A stretch of 63,581 nt of DNA, counting the filler, from Collodictyon triciliatum (taxonomy: Eukaryota), in assembly GCA_043381765.1 (NCBI GenBank). It is 9 parts of 9 records of this genome, joined end to end, with 100 filler letters (N's around TTAATTAATTAA, not from the genome) between each part and the next. Parts side by side here need not be neighbours in the genome. Positions count along the whole stretch, not along the records: positions 1 to 7,264 come from JBHJMP010003983.1; positions 7,365 to 14,626 come from JBHJMP010003984.1; 7 more parts are not named here. One strand, 5' to 3'. The notes under the pieces were generated by a model that saw only the letters and a list, made by a program, of their open reading frames with translations, had not been told where the DNA came from and did no database searches. Of the stretch, positions 1 through 12,221 are shown in pieces (within the stretch, counting starts at the first letter, position 1; each line of letters opens with the position of its first letter). Made by a program: the position numbers and the translations under genes.

Positions 1-966
1 GAAAATAATAATTAAAACTTGCCATTCAACTGATTATTGCCAAGATAAATTCTTTCAATATTTGGAATTCCACTGAAGTTAGGAACGGTTCCTGTAATGT
101 AAAGTTAGTTTTCATCAATATTACATGAAATAATAATTAAAACTTACCAGTCAATTGGTTATTGCCAAGATAAATTCTTTCAATATTTGGAATTCCACTG
201 AAGTTTGGAACAGTTCCTGTTGTATAAAGTTAGCTTCGCATCAATAATACATATAATAATAATGAACATACCATTCAATTGATTGTTGTAAAGATAAATT
301 CCTAAAACATTTGGCATTCCACTGAAGTTTGGAACGGTTCCTGTAGTTTAAAGTTAGTTTTTCATCAATAATATATGAAATAATAATTAAAACTTACCAG
401 TCAATTGATTGCTGAAAATATATATCTCTAAAACGATTGGAATCCCACTAAAGTTTGGAACGGTTCCTGTAATGTAAAGTTAGTTTTTATTAATATTACA
501 TGAAATTAATAATATAACTTACCATCCAATTGATTGCTGGAAAGATTAATTATTTCAACATTTGGAATTCCACTGAAGTTTGGAACCTTTCCTGTAATGT
601 AAAGTTAGCTTCTTTTTTTACATTATACATGAAATAATAATTAACTTACCAGTCAACTGATTGCTGTAAAGAGAGATTCTTCTAACACTGGGAATACCAC
701 TGAAGTTTGGAACGGTTCCTGTAGTATAAAGTTAGTTTTCTCAATAATACATGAAATAATAATTAAAATTTACCGGTCAACTGGTTGCTGGAAAGATAAA
801 TTCTTTCAAGATTTGGAATTCCACTGAAGTTTGGAACTGTTCCTGTAATATAAAGTTAGTTTTCTCAATAATACATGAAATAATAGTTAAAACTTACCAT
901 TCAATTGGTTGTTGTCAAGATAAATTACTAAAATATTCGGAATTCCACTGAAGTTTGGAACGGTTC
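1..966 (-). repeat. Tandem array of ~125-bp exon+intron units (8 copies)
   Basis: Both the 69-nt exons and the 55-58-nt introns are near-identical between units (intron GTAAGTTTTAATTATTATTTCATGTA...CTAACTTTA..TACAG on the minus strand). Confidence 0.95.
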
Positions 967-2155
967 CTGGAATTAATATAAAAAAATTAGTAATTCTATG
1001 CCATCACTTTGAATAAAAAAATGAAAAACATACCATGAACTTTGCAGCTATATATCCAAAGAATCTGAACATTTGGCAACGCTGAGAAGTCAGGCAGAGT
1101 TCCTGAAATGGAAAAATCATTAGAATTCAGAATAAACCTTATAGGAAATCACTCCAAACCTGTGATTTTTTCACTATTGCCAATGTATAATATCTTCAGC
1201 GACTGAATTCCAGAAAAATCCGGTATTGTTCCTTCCAATTCCTTCCCATCAATCTCAAGGTGTTCAATATTCGGCATTCCTTGAAAGTCTGGAATCGTTC
1301 CAGTAATTCGATTCACAAAGAGATTCAAATACGTAATACTAGGGAGATTAAAGTCTGGAAGATTTCCGTAAATGAAGTTGTAGCTCATGTCCAAGGAATC
1401 CAATAATTGGAGCTTCTCAAAAATCGCAGAGGCAGCTTCAATGTCACCGTTAAGGTTGTTTCCAGACATGCTGATTCTGAATATGGGACATGTGTTGTTC
1501 TAGAAATATAAAGGAAATATGTTAAAAATGAAATCAAAAGAGATTATTATCATACAAGAAATTACCTTATACTCTTCATATGAACAGCTCTGATGACACG
1601 ATATTCCATACCAATCACAAATCAGAATACTTTCATTCTTCCATCCAGTGTTCCGAAACCAATTATCGCCGCCAAGTGAATCGTAAAGTTGGACAAGCAA
1701 TTCGTATTGGGTCCCAGTATTTCCATCGGCCACACTTCGGTTCTCTTCGTTCTCTAACCCCCGCTCTCTGTTTCCACTTCGTTTGGGCGAATGGATTTCT
1801 TTGTAGAAATCGACCTTACTAGATGTTAATTTTCTTCCGTAATTCCATTCAGCACCATGTCCATTTTCTAGCGAGTATTCTCCATCTTTGCAGCCATTCA
1901 TCAACCCTGGAAAGTTATCCTCACTCTCTTTTAACAAAGGACATGTCTCATCGTAGTGGCTCAACAGAATTTGGAATGCATCTTCGACTTTCATGGAAAG
2001 CAGCTCATCTCTTGAATACTGGCATCTGTTTTCCTTATTTGAGTCGAAAGTGTATTCTATTAATATTCATAAATCAACACATACCTTTGACGTGGATGAA
2101 TTGAGGATGCCGATGAAACAATGAAAACGGTGGCGATGAAGGTAGTCAGAAGCAT
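23..2155 (-). CDS. Secreted/cell-surface leucine-rich repeat protein, 3'-truncated by the window edge
   Basis: Spliced exons 2155-2085 (signal peptide MLLTTFIATVFIVSSASS), 2025-1566 (LRRNT-type cap WFRNTGW..ICDWYGISC) and 1499-1160 (several LRRs). Then nine 69-nt phase 1-1 exons of one 23-aa LRR each (1102-1034, 966-898, 842-774, 718-650, 591-523, 466-398, 340-272, 216-148, 91-23), consensus GTVPNFSGIPNxxxIxLxxNQL. Frame is kept throughout. Confidence 0.92.
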
Positions 2156-4735
2156 CGTATTTCTGGTTATATATTTAAAATTAAGACTAATTAATCAAAT
2201 GTATTTATCACAGATTGAATTATGAAACGCACGTTGCAGGAATTTTGAGTGATATTATTCTCGATTCGAAGAAATTATCGCGGCGGGAATCAGTTCTTTT
2301 TTCGTCTGGTGAGTGCATTTCTATCCTATTGCAACCGATTTCTCAGTATAAGTTGAATATTATCAGTTCTGCTGATATTTTATTCACCAAACATAGGTAT
2401 ATTCAGCAAATTTGATTTCAAGAATATTCAATATTAAGTAAGGGAATTCTCAAATCGAAGCTTAATTATGTGTCAAATATTATCAAATATTATCGATTTT
2501 TCATGTGATATAAAGTTGATACGATTAAAATAGTGCATTATTTACAAAAATAAATCAACACAAACATATTGCGTAGGAAAAATGGAATGAATTTTTTTAG
2601 TGTATAAATTTATTATAATTATTTGATTTTATAATTTTTTTACATTAACTGTCTTATCTTTATTTTTAACTTTACTTGTAATAAATCAATATCATCTCCG
2701 TAAACCACTTGCCTTTTCGTACACTCATATATCATGATTCACTATTTATAATCATCTCTCATGTTTCAACTTCATATAAACCAGATAAATAATCTATTAT
2801 TCAGCATCTTTGGATATTCACCGATAAGCTAAGACGTATGATTGCAAATACAAATGAATTTTGATAGATAAGAGTACCATGTGTTAGTGCTTCATATGAG
2901 TTGATTAACGACTAAAATAATTAAAAGAGAATGGAACTATTTGCATATAATCATTGTGACGGCTAGAACTTTGGTCATTCCTAAAATTATAAATGTCAGT
3001 TCCAAATTATACAAAAAAATGTTCTTGGTTGTTGCATTCGTATAAATTGTTTTTCATCATGATAATGAAAAATGTTAGGATAAGAAGAACCATTTATTTG
3101 AATCATCTTAGTGTTAACCATATAGTTACACAGTAATTAATCAAACAATCAGAGGTTAAAACAGCCATATTATTAGATAATTTACATTGAATCAAATATT
3201 AAAGAAACCCTGTTTGCTTGACTATATCGAATAATTATTATATGAGAAAATTGATATCGCCCTGGAACATGGCTTCCGATAAAATTTGTTCTGGATTTAA
3301 AAGTCTAAAATTGAGTATATGAAATCTTCCTTCAGTTAGCTGGATTACTAATTGTTTTACATATGCTTACTCATGAAGTACAACCATATGTGTATGGAAA
3401 TGGCGGCCAAGCGGTGGGTCACATCCTAATATTCGGTAAACTTACATTAACAACTGATTGAAATTCCAAAATATGATGTTTTGTGAGAGCTGGGTATCAT
3501 CTCTAAGAGGTTCAGTGATTAGCAATAAGTTTCACTATAGATTTGCATGTATCTGTTTCATCGTGATTATTTCATTCTCTATAAGGTGGCACTTAGTTGT
3601 GGATTCAAATCAACCAACTATCTTAAAAATCCAATCGTATGTCAGTTTCCATATTCATATTATTAATTAAATCAAAACCAAAGCTTTCATAAGTTATATC
3701 GATAAAAATTTGACTATATTCTTTTGACTATTAATAGCGATATGTTTTATGTCAATCTTATATTTCATTGAGCTCTAAACATGAGATTTTTTAGTTCCTT
3801 TGGAACCCAAGATAAAATCAGTGTTTATAAAAAGCTAAAACTAATTATGATACAAAAAAAAAGGTATTGATATTATTCAATTTACAATCACAATCATTTT
3901 AAGAGATATTTTAGGACTGAAAATTTAGCTATTCAATTAGTTTAAATATCTATCAATGCAGACAAATTGAATCCTTGCATTTGAATATTTGATAAAAAAT
4001 GAATAATATAGATTATCAATAAAATTGTGTATGCATTAATACTTGTACTCGGCCATATTTTGACCAAATAGGAATAAATCGAACAATATCAAGTATTTAT
4101 TAAAATGATAGAATCACCGATATGAACAATCATAGAAGTCATACTGTATGTGTTGAATAAATAAATGAATCATCATATAAACCAACACAAATATACGAAA
4201 ATATAATGTATGCATAAAAAGAATTTTTTAATATATTTGAACGATGGTAATCGTAAAACAAAAAAAGGGCGTGAACCGTCTACCATATCCTTGGTTAGTC
4301 GGGGGAACGTAATACATATAACAAATACCTTTTCATTATCTCTGATTGATTTGGAATTGGAAGGGAGGGTGGGTTTGTTGGATTTGATAAATCGACATCT
4401 AAATATTTAAGGGAGAAAATTAAACTAATTTAGATGATTTAACATCGATTAACTAATATATAGATTTCTTCATTGAGTGGTAAACCTACAAATCATTTCA
4501 CTTGGAGAAACGAACAAGGTCTAGTAAGGTGAGGGATATGGGCGTGAAGCTGTGGACAAAAGATTGCAGGTCGGTCAAGGGGAGGGGTGGTGTATCATTC
4601 AGCGGCAAACTGGTTTTTAGCGGGGATATGGTATGTGTTTTTCGATTTGGATATAATAATGGTTCATATGTTGGTTAGTTGTTTTTTAAATTCACATTTG
4701 ATGCAAAAGTGTATCTATTAAATTAACAAAACCTG

Positions 4736-4763
4736 TTTTTTCCTTTATTCTATTCAAAGTGTA
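4736..4763 (-). mobile_element. Degenerate copy of the micro-retroposon tail
   Basis: Minus strand reads TACACTTTGAATAGAATAAAGGAAAAAA, one mismatch to the family consensus. Only a weak TSD candidate (TAACAAAA at ~4724 and ~4804). Confidence 0.55.
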
Positions 4764-7264
4764 TTTAGACGGAATGTAAAATACGATACCAAGATTATGC
4801 AGATAACAAAAACTTTCTAGTAGATACGTAATTTAAAGATTTTTTTGTAGATTTAATATTCATAAGCCGATACGTAATAAAATTACTATAAATACCAACG
4901 ACATAGCAATGCAGATGCTTTAGACAGACAATTCATCTCGATTAAAATTTATTTGCGAATATATACCTGATATTATTGTATTAATTATAAGTATTACAAT
5001 ATTGATTCCATGTATTTTATGTTAGGATTAAATCTATCAACTGAATAATAAAATAACTAGCATGGCCAGACTCCGATGATATTTCTTAATTTTATAGATT
5101 TTTGTTCTATCATTAGTAATAGTTTTACAACTGAAATATTTTAATTAAACTATTCGACTTAATGCATGCTGTATTTTATGTGTTAAATAGGCAATGTTTT
5201 CAAATTAAATAAAGCCTCCTTACCGCAAAAAAAGGATACATGACTTTTGATTACAAAAATTTACAACGAATATTATTATTTTATTTATTTTTTGGTCATG
5301 AATGACTAGACAAAGACATACTTACTTCCACACACAACACAACCAACACCCCCACCGTACGTTCTTAGACCTTTACTTCAGACCATCGGGAAAACTAGGA
5401 GCCGCCGATCCACCACCCCTCCCCCCTCCTCTAAGTAGTAGGTCGAAACAGTTCCCTTTCCCACGGATTCTGTCTATTGTCCCTTCCAATTGCAACTATA
5501 TCTGCGTTTTGTCCATGACTTTAGTTCGAACATTCTCCGATTCAAGATTAATAATTAGCGCTTAATAGGGTAGATTGAATAAAATAATGTGCTTTTTCAG
5601 CATGTCCATGAAGTTGTCAGATTGAACCATTTACCAAAACGAGACCTAAATTGAGAATGAAGTTTGATTGATAATCTGCTAAAAATTAAGCTTTACACAC
5701 ATGTACTTAAAATGTGCATATTTGGTTTTTCTACCGTTGAATATCAAACATGTGACGAATTTTCTGTCGTATAAATTTAAAATTTTTCGCGCTTTTCAAT
5801 TATGACGAGGAATAGAAGGTAAAATTAGACGAGAATCATACTTTTTTAGTATCAGAATCTTGGTCAATCTGTCCCAAATATTGCACTATTCTTTGTAATG
5901 CCCTCAAAGTTTTGATTATAAGTTTTTTTTATTATTATAAAATTAAATTAATGGTACTTGAAACCTTGAAATAAATTTCCTTTCGATACTATGAATTGGC
6001 TTGGTCAACTTACTGTATGGCTTATTTATTACCAAAAAATGAAAGCTCCGGAGTTCTTTGTACGAAGAAATGGAATGACAGATGACCCTTTCTGAAAGTT
6101 CATGCAGTGCTATTATAAATGGGTTTTTTGAGTTTATCCTGAGAAATAATCAAAATATTTAAGTAGTTGAAACTTTTGTCCTGGTCTCTATCATGCAAGC
6201 ACAAGATCCAGACTACAGGCCAAAATGAAGGATGCAATTCCTGAATACCGATTACTTCTATGCCACTCGGCAACCAAGTAGTGTCCATGCAAACGATGGC
6301 TAGCAAACCAAAGCCAGCATTTCCACCGTCCTGCACAAAATGGAATGGAAGAATAAAAAAAAAAAAGGTCGAAAATATTGTATTGATTGTATATATTTTT
6401 TTGTATCAATGAAACCCCCTTTAATATCGTTGAAATTAACTCATGATTGATTTTTTCCAACTTGGCTATTTTTAGTTCATACATTATTCAATATCATATA
6501 TGCCTTGTGAAAAGTAAAAGTAAAAATTAACAAAGATAGCAAAGAATCAAAATTTACCGTTTATTTGGAATCATAAAAAAACATTTAGAGAAATTCCCAA
6601 AAGTGTATCATACCTGAATCTGGTTGATTAAAGTATGATTTCGAGTTTCAAGGAGTCAAGTTGAGCGGGTGAATATCTTCGGACTATTCGAATAGATAAT
6701 TCATTATTTATGTTTCCAAAATTTTGAGTAATACTGTAGTTGCTAATAAAAAATAAAGGAATATTTCTCCAGAGTCTGCAAAAATAATTAACAATATTCT
6801 TGCCGGTTCCGCTAATTCCTATGCTGAAGAAGCTATGCTGGTTTGCCGACTGTTGTATGTTATTTGTTGAATACTAGATATACATAAGTCAAGGATATTG
6901 AATTTGGAGTCGAATAGAATGAACGAATATAAGGAATCTGATAGTAAAGAAGAGCAGGGTAGTCGCGTGCACTTTCGCCCCAGGGAGAATTTGGCCTCCG
7001 ATCAAATTGAAGTCAGAGTCCTTTGCAATCGCACCTCTTAAAGGTTGCAACTATTCTCGACCCTATCGGTTACATATCGATGAGCCACAAATCCAGATTC
7101 CATACGCTGCTGGCCTGAACCCCTTAATCAACTCAAGTCACTGCTTTCAACCAACATGCAACAACTACGGTGTCCTGTAAAAATTTTAAAAGCCACTTCA
7201 TTCACTTGTATCGAATAAAGGAAAATATGTATAAACGAGGGCTTTATTTTTTTCCACCAGTAGG

Positions 7265-7364
7265 NNNNNNNNNNNNNNNNNNNNNNNNNNNNNNNNNNNN
7301 NNNNNNNNTTAATTAATTAANNNNNNNNNNNNNNNNNNNNNNNNNNNNNNNNNNNNNNNNNNNN
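7265..7364. other. Artificial scaffold linker
   Basis: N44-TTAATTAATTAA-N44; stop codons in all six frames. Confidence 0.99.
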
Positions 7365-7392
7365 GTTTTTTTGTTTTTTTGTTTTTTATATG

Positions 7393-7573
7393 GTCTGATT
7401 ATTGTCTGATTATTGTCTGATTATTGTCTGATTATTGTCTGATTATTGTCTGATTATTGTCTGATTATTGTCTGATTATTGTCTGATTATTGTCTGTGAT
7501 TATTGTCTGATTATTGTCTGTGATTATTGTCTGATTATTGTCTGTGATTATTGCTGTGATTATTGCTGTGATT
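7393..7573 (+). repeat. 11-mer tandem repeat (GTCTGATTATT)n with variants, in the SHMT intron
   Basis: Directly visible; degenerates to 12-13-mer variants at the right end. Confidence 0.95.
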
Positions 7574-7625
7574 AGAGGGAAAGAAGCGGCTCCCTCTGCG
7601 AACAGACCAGGAGTTGTTTCCTTAC

Positions 7626-8072
7626 CGGCGTCCAGGGTATCCCTCAGAGTATTTATTCGTGAGGCATGAGCCGTTAGCTTCCATCACTGCGCGCGACGTG
7701 AAGTTCTTTTGTTTTGTTAATATATTTTCATTTTTGTTAGAGAAGTACTTTCATAGCTATTTTCATAATTCGATGAGAAAGAAATGTAGGGATATACTCC
7801 AAACGTGGAGCCCAGTTTCCCGGTAGTGGAAAGAACCATTGAAAATGTATTTTGTCAAAGGAAACGGTAGAGGTTTGAGTCGAACCCTATGCCATAGGAG
7901 TGGGAAAGAGAATAATACAAAAAAAAAGTGGACAAACCTCTGAAGCAATCAACTCCAAACCGCAGAACTGGCGATACTTTTCCTTCTCGATCAAGTCATA
8001 CAGGTCCGGGTCATTTTCAGCAAGGCTTTGGTTCTGGAAGGCTTCAGCCTGAGGCCAAGTTAAAGTGTTCAT
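7626..8072 (-). CDS. SHMT: Serine hydroxymethyltransferase, 5' portion (likely cytosolic; truncated by scaffold end)
   Basis: Exons 8072-7938 and 7705-7626 give ...[52 protein letters not shown], the SHMT signature LIASENF...NKYSEGYPG. Confidence 0.96.
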
Positions 8073-9054
8073 AAATCTATGAGGTCTTTAAGTGTGGCGT
8101 GGGCTTCTTGGTGTTGCTTGACGAGCTTTGCGGGGAATAATAGTGATTTCCGTGCGGAAACACTGGGCACTTACCATTGATGTCGAGTAGTGCTGGTCGG
8201 GCTGTCTCGCTGTGTCCTGCGCAGTTCATTTTGTTCAGGCTTTTTTCTCTTTTTTTCTCTTTTTTTCTCTTTTTTTCTCTTTTTTTCTCTTTTTTTCTCT
8301 TTTTTTCTCTTTTTTTCTCTTTTTTCTCTTTTTTCTTTCTCTTGCAGTCCTCCTCTGTGATTGGTTTCCAGAAGCCCAGCGCAATGGATTCTCCCATTGA
8401 TTGAATTCATCTGTTTTCTTGACTTAGTGTGGTTGTTGCTGTGTGCGAAATTCTGTGGCGTAGTGCAGTGAGGCCATAATACCACATAAGGAATTATTTT
8501 GTGCGAAGGAAACCCCATAAATGTAAAATTTCTGTTAAATTCCTGATGGAAATGCGTGATTGGGAAGATTAGTAGCTGATAACAGGCTTTCTGATGGGTG
8601 GGTAACGTGTTAGCCAGTATTACTATTCAATTATACATATGTACTGCGATTATTATATTCATGAGATAAAAACATACTTATAGAAGGTGGTCTATTTATT
8701 TATATATATTGTCCGCATTTGCATAGATGGGTACCGTATTTTCAGCCTCCCTTTGTCCACAGCCTAACTACGATCGGCAACTTCCAGCTGTCAGGTCGGA
8801 GTATATCGCATTGCTTGGGTGGCTTGATGCAGAAAGGACTCCGAGAAGCCGAATAGTTGATTGGCTCAGCACCCTGAAGCAACAAGAACAGTTTCCTATA
8901 ATAATATTACATTATATATATTTTATCATATTTCTCCTTTCAGTTTGTGGAGACAGATCCTGTGGTGATCGATATTCAACAACAGCAGCTTTTAGCGAAC
9001 GTCATCATTTTTCCTTTTTTTTTTAATTGCACATAGAAGGAATAGAAGAAAAGA

Positions 9055-10312
9055 ATGCCAGCTATGAAACCGACGTCTGGAATGATTGCACTTATGTATT
9101 TGTTTGCCTTGGTTAGCCTCTTCCAAGGTACAAAGGCGCATCTCCAAAGGAACGTCATGGCAGAAGAGAAAGTCGAACAACTCGTCTGGGATCAAGTAAG
9201 CGTCGACAGTCTAAAACACTTGAACTTTTATTTTGTGACAAATGTATAACAAAAGTTGAAGAAGTTGAAAAGTTGAAAGAAAATAAGGAAAATATACCGG
9301 ATAATACGGAAGGAACATAAGCTCTTGAAGTCCAGAATAAACTCAACTGCAGAGTTAAATCAGTCCCTTGCGAGGGCATTAGACTCATTTAATGGGTCTT
9401 TCTTCTGATATTATACATTCCCAACACCCTTAGTTGAAAGGTGGTGTCCCTGTCCCCATCTTTGTCAAATTCCCTGGAACCACCGAGGTCGACATGTCTG
9501 GTAAGTTTGAGGGGGATTGATTGTTGTATTACCTCACGTCTCCTTCATTTTCTCGCCCTGGCCCTGCGGTTTTCTCTGTTATTTTACCATATCCCTATAA
9601 AACTACTCTCCCACTCGAACCACAAATTTAGTTTGTAAACATCTAACAACACCAACTGCGATGTTTCTTCTCAGAATCAATTTTTTTCTATTCATCTAAT
9701 TCTATATTCTTGTTAGGTTTCACTGGACCAGAGTCTCAGCGTGGACAATATGTCTATGAGTGGAGAAACAAACAGGTATGTGGATATCTGATTGAAAAAT
9801 CGTAAACTGTCGTTTTTTTTTTTTTTTTTGTATGGCCATTTGAGTGTTTCTGCTTTATCAATTAAGAGAGCGAGATGATGTTGATTACTTTGTGTATAAT
9901 TGTGTATTTATGTAACTAGTTGCAAGAGCTATCCAAAGAGGTCACCGCTTTTCTAGATGCGAAAGGGGTTCAGTACCGCACCATGTACATCGAACCTCAG
10001 GTTTTTATTCTACTGCTTATATTCCAAATAGAACCGTTCTCAAGTACGAGTCGACACTACCAATACATTTATCGCCTTCTCATGTCTTTTGCCAGTATGT
10101 TTGCATCAGAATAACACTGGGTCGAATATTCCTCGCTACACTTTGAATCGAATAAAGGGAAAAAAAAAAAAACACTGGGTCGAATATTAATGCTTGGATT
10201 TTATCTTTTACAAAAGGTTTACATCTTTGAAGCCTCCGAGGAGCTTGTTCGTGAATTAGCAGCCCGCAGCGACGTGTATCGCATTATGGGGGAGAGGTCT
10301 TTCAGAATCTAG
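9055..10312 (+). CDS. 147-aa secreted protein resembling an isolated S8 subtilase propeptide (I9-like)
   Basis: Five GT-AG exons (9055-9195, 9434-9500, 9717-9775, 9920-10000, 10217-10312) are in frame. A signal peptide is followed by KVEQLVWDQL..VPIFVKF..RGQYVYE..EVTAFLDAKGVQYRTMYI..SEELVRELAARSDVYRI, recalled as the prodomain pattern of bacillopeptidase-F-like bacterial S8 proteases. TAG follows directly. Confidence 0.75.
10113..10188 (+). mobile_element. Micro-retroposon insertion with perfect 18-bp TSD
   Basis: AACACTGGGTCGAATATT (10113-10130 and 10171-10188) flanks CCTCGCTACACTTTGAATCGAATAAAGGG+A11; intronic. Confidence 0.88.
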
Positions 10313-10494
10313 GGCAACTCTGAAGAAACAAGACGCATCACACTTCAGAAGATTAAAAAAGAACCTCTTGCAACACTGGCTGTTTTGTTTCCGGAACTTT
10401 TTTTGGCTTTTTTTTTTTTGTAAAAAAATAATTGCAGGTGGAAGATAAGCTACAGCCAAGGAGAGTTTTTGGAACGTGGGTGTTACATAAAAGA

Positions 10495-11199
10495 NNNNNN
10501 NNNNNNNNNNNNNNNNNNNNNNNNNNNNNNNNNNNNNNNNNNNNNNNNNNNNNNNNNNNNNNNNNNNNNNNNNNNNNNNNNNNNNNNNNNNNNNNNNNNN
10601 NNNNNNNNNNNNNNNNNNNNNNNNNNNNNNNNNNNNNNNNNNNNNNNNNNNNNNNNNNNNNNNNNNNNNNNNNNNNNNNNNNNNNNNNNNNNNNNNNNNN
10701 NNNNNNNNNNNNNNNNNNNNNNNNNNNNNNNNNNNNNNNNNNNNNNNNNNNNNNNNNNNNNNNNNNNNNNNNNNNNNNNNNNNNNNNNNNNNNNNNNNNN
10801 NNNNNNNNNNNNNNNNNNNNNNNNNNNNNNNNNNNNNNNNNNNNNNNNNNNNNNNNNNNNNNNNNNNNNNNNNNNNNNNNNNNNNNNNNNNNNNNNNNNN
10901 NNNNNNNNNNNNNNNNNNNNNNNNNNNNNNNNNNNNNNNNNNNNNNNNNNNNNNNNNNNNNNNNNNNNNNNNNNNNNNNNNNNNNNNNNNNNNNNNNNNN
11001 NNNNNNNNNNNNNNNNNNNNNNNNNNNNNNNNNNNNNNNNNNNNNNNNNNNNNNNNNNNNNNNNNNNNNNNNNNNNNNNNNNNNNNNNNNNNNNNNNNNN
11101 NNNNNNNNNNNNNNNNNNNNNNNNNNNNNNNNNNNNNNNNNNNNNNNNNNNNNNNNNNNNNNNNNNNNNNNNNNNNNNNNNNNNNNNNNNNNNNNNNNN
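10495..11199. other. Intra-scaffold assembly gap (705 N)
   Basis: Run of N without the linker motif. Confidence 0.99.
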
Positions 11200-11423
11200 G
11201 ACCGTTCCAATCAGATGGAAAATGTGGCACCGCAAGGCGAATCAAAATGAGAGCAGATTGAAAGAGAAAGAAAAGGAGGAAAAAGTGAAAAAGAAGGCAA
11301 GAAAAAAGAATCCACCAGCATGAGGACATGAGAGACAACGAAAGACACGCAAGCCTCCTTTGCAGAGCAGCAGTAAATGGGCAGCTCGTCTTCTATCCGA
11401 GTCTCTCGCACATGCTCCACGCC

Positions 11424-12221
11424 CTAGGCATTGGTGTGGGCATCCGGGGCATCGGTCATGTACTTGTCCAGCTGGCCCTCAAGCGTCCTCTCGCTCACAT
11501 GCTTCCGTCCGTATCCGCCGCGCCCACGCCCGCCTCGTCCTCGACCTCGTCCACGGCCTCTGCCGCGTCCACGCGAGCCGCGTTCATTGCTCGCCTCGCC
11601 CTCGACCGGTGCCATTTGCCGTTTGTCTTGAAGGTTGCCCGTTCGTCGCTGCGATGTGTTTGTCGCCTTCTGCGCGCGCCGGGCTTCGGTTCTCGGATTG
11701 CCCTGTGGTGGGGAAGCCGGAGGGAAGTTTAGTCGTCATTCTCGTCTCTCCCTTTCTGTTTGTTTGTTTGTTTGTTTGTTTTTGTTTCTCATAGTCCACT
11801 TGTTGAGAGGTATCATGCTGGATCAACGAGGCAAAACCGCGTTGGTTCAAACACACGCTTCTTTGGACTCGTTGAGGCGGCGGCTCACCTTTGCGTTTCC
11901 TTGTGGCGCCGAAGTTGAAGCAGCCTTGAGTTGGGTGAAGCGCTCGTTGAGGGTCAAGCCGGTTGCCTTCACAGTTGGGCGCGAGTCGGCAAACTTTGCT
12001 GTTCGGACGGTTTGGCCTCGGCCTCTGCCCCTGCGGCGGCCGCGTTGCGTTTCGGAAGGGTTGGCAGCAAAAGGCTGTGTGTGGGTGTGTGTTTTTTTTT
12101 TTTATTTAGTTTTTTTTTGGTTTTGTAAAGAGGCATTCTCTGCGTTTTTGATTGAGCTGCCACAGGCAGATTGTCAGTCGAATCATAAGCGGATGAGCCT
12201 TACTGTATTTGGGTCGCTCAT
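11424..12221 (-). CDS. CHTOP: Chromatin target of PRMT1 / Friend of PRMT1 homolog, 160 aa
   Basis: Exons 12221-12204, 12074-11889 and 11702-11424. Contains TLNERFTQL (CHTOP N-terminal motif), an RG/RGG-rich tract and the C-terminal FoP-type motif SERTLEGQLDKYM. Confidence 0.8.

Noticed and set aside
1-966. Repeat-spacer-like periodicity resembling a CRISPR array
   Set aside because: Units translate as LRR exons with GT-AG introns; no unique spacers or cas genes; eukaryotic context.
5231-5239. GTATCCTTT (minus strand), U12 donor-like
   Set aside because: No supportable upstream exon; intergenic AT-rich sequence.
4350-5495. G-rich and C-rich patches with 12-14 bp inverted matches (about 4355/5480 and 4579/5411)
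   Set aside because: Matches are short, low-complexity and not colinearly spaced; no convincing TIR or hairpin.
6100-7180. Exon-like pieces on the minus strand and a KVATILDPIGYIS peptide on the plus strand resembling a BEL/Pao motif
   Set aside because: Stops in all frames and no other retroelement motifs; cannot be told from chance or decayed sequence.
10256-11338. Long ORFs in the ORF track
   Set aside because: Artefacts of translating through the N gap.
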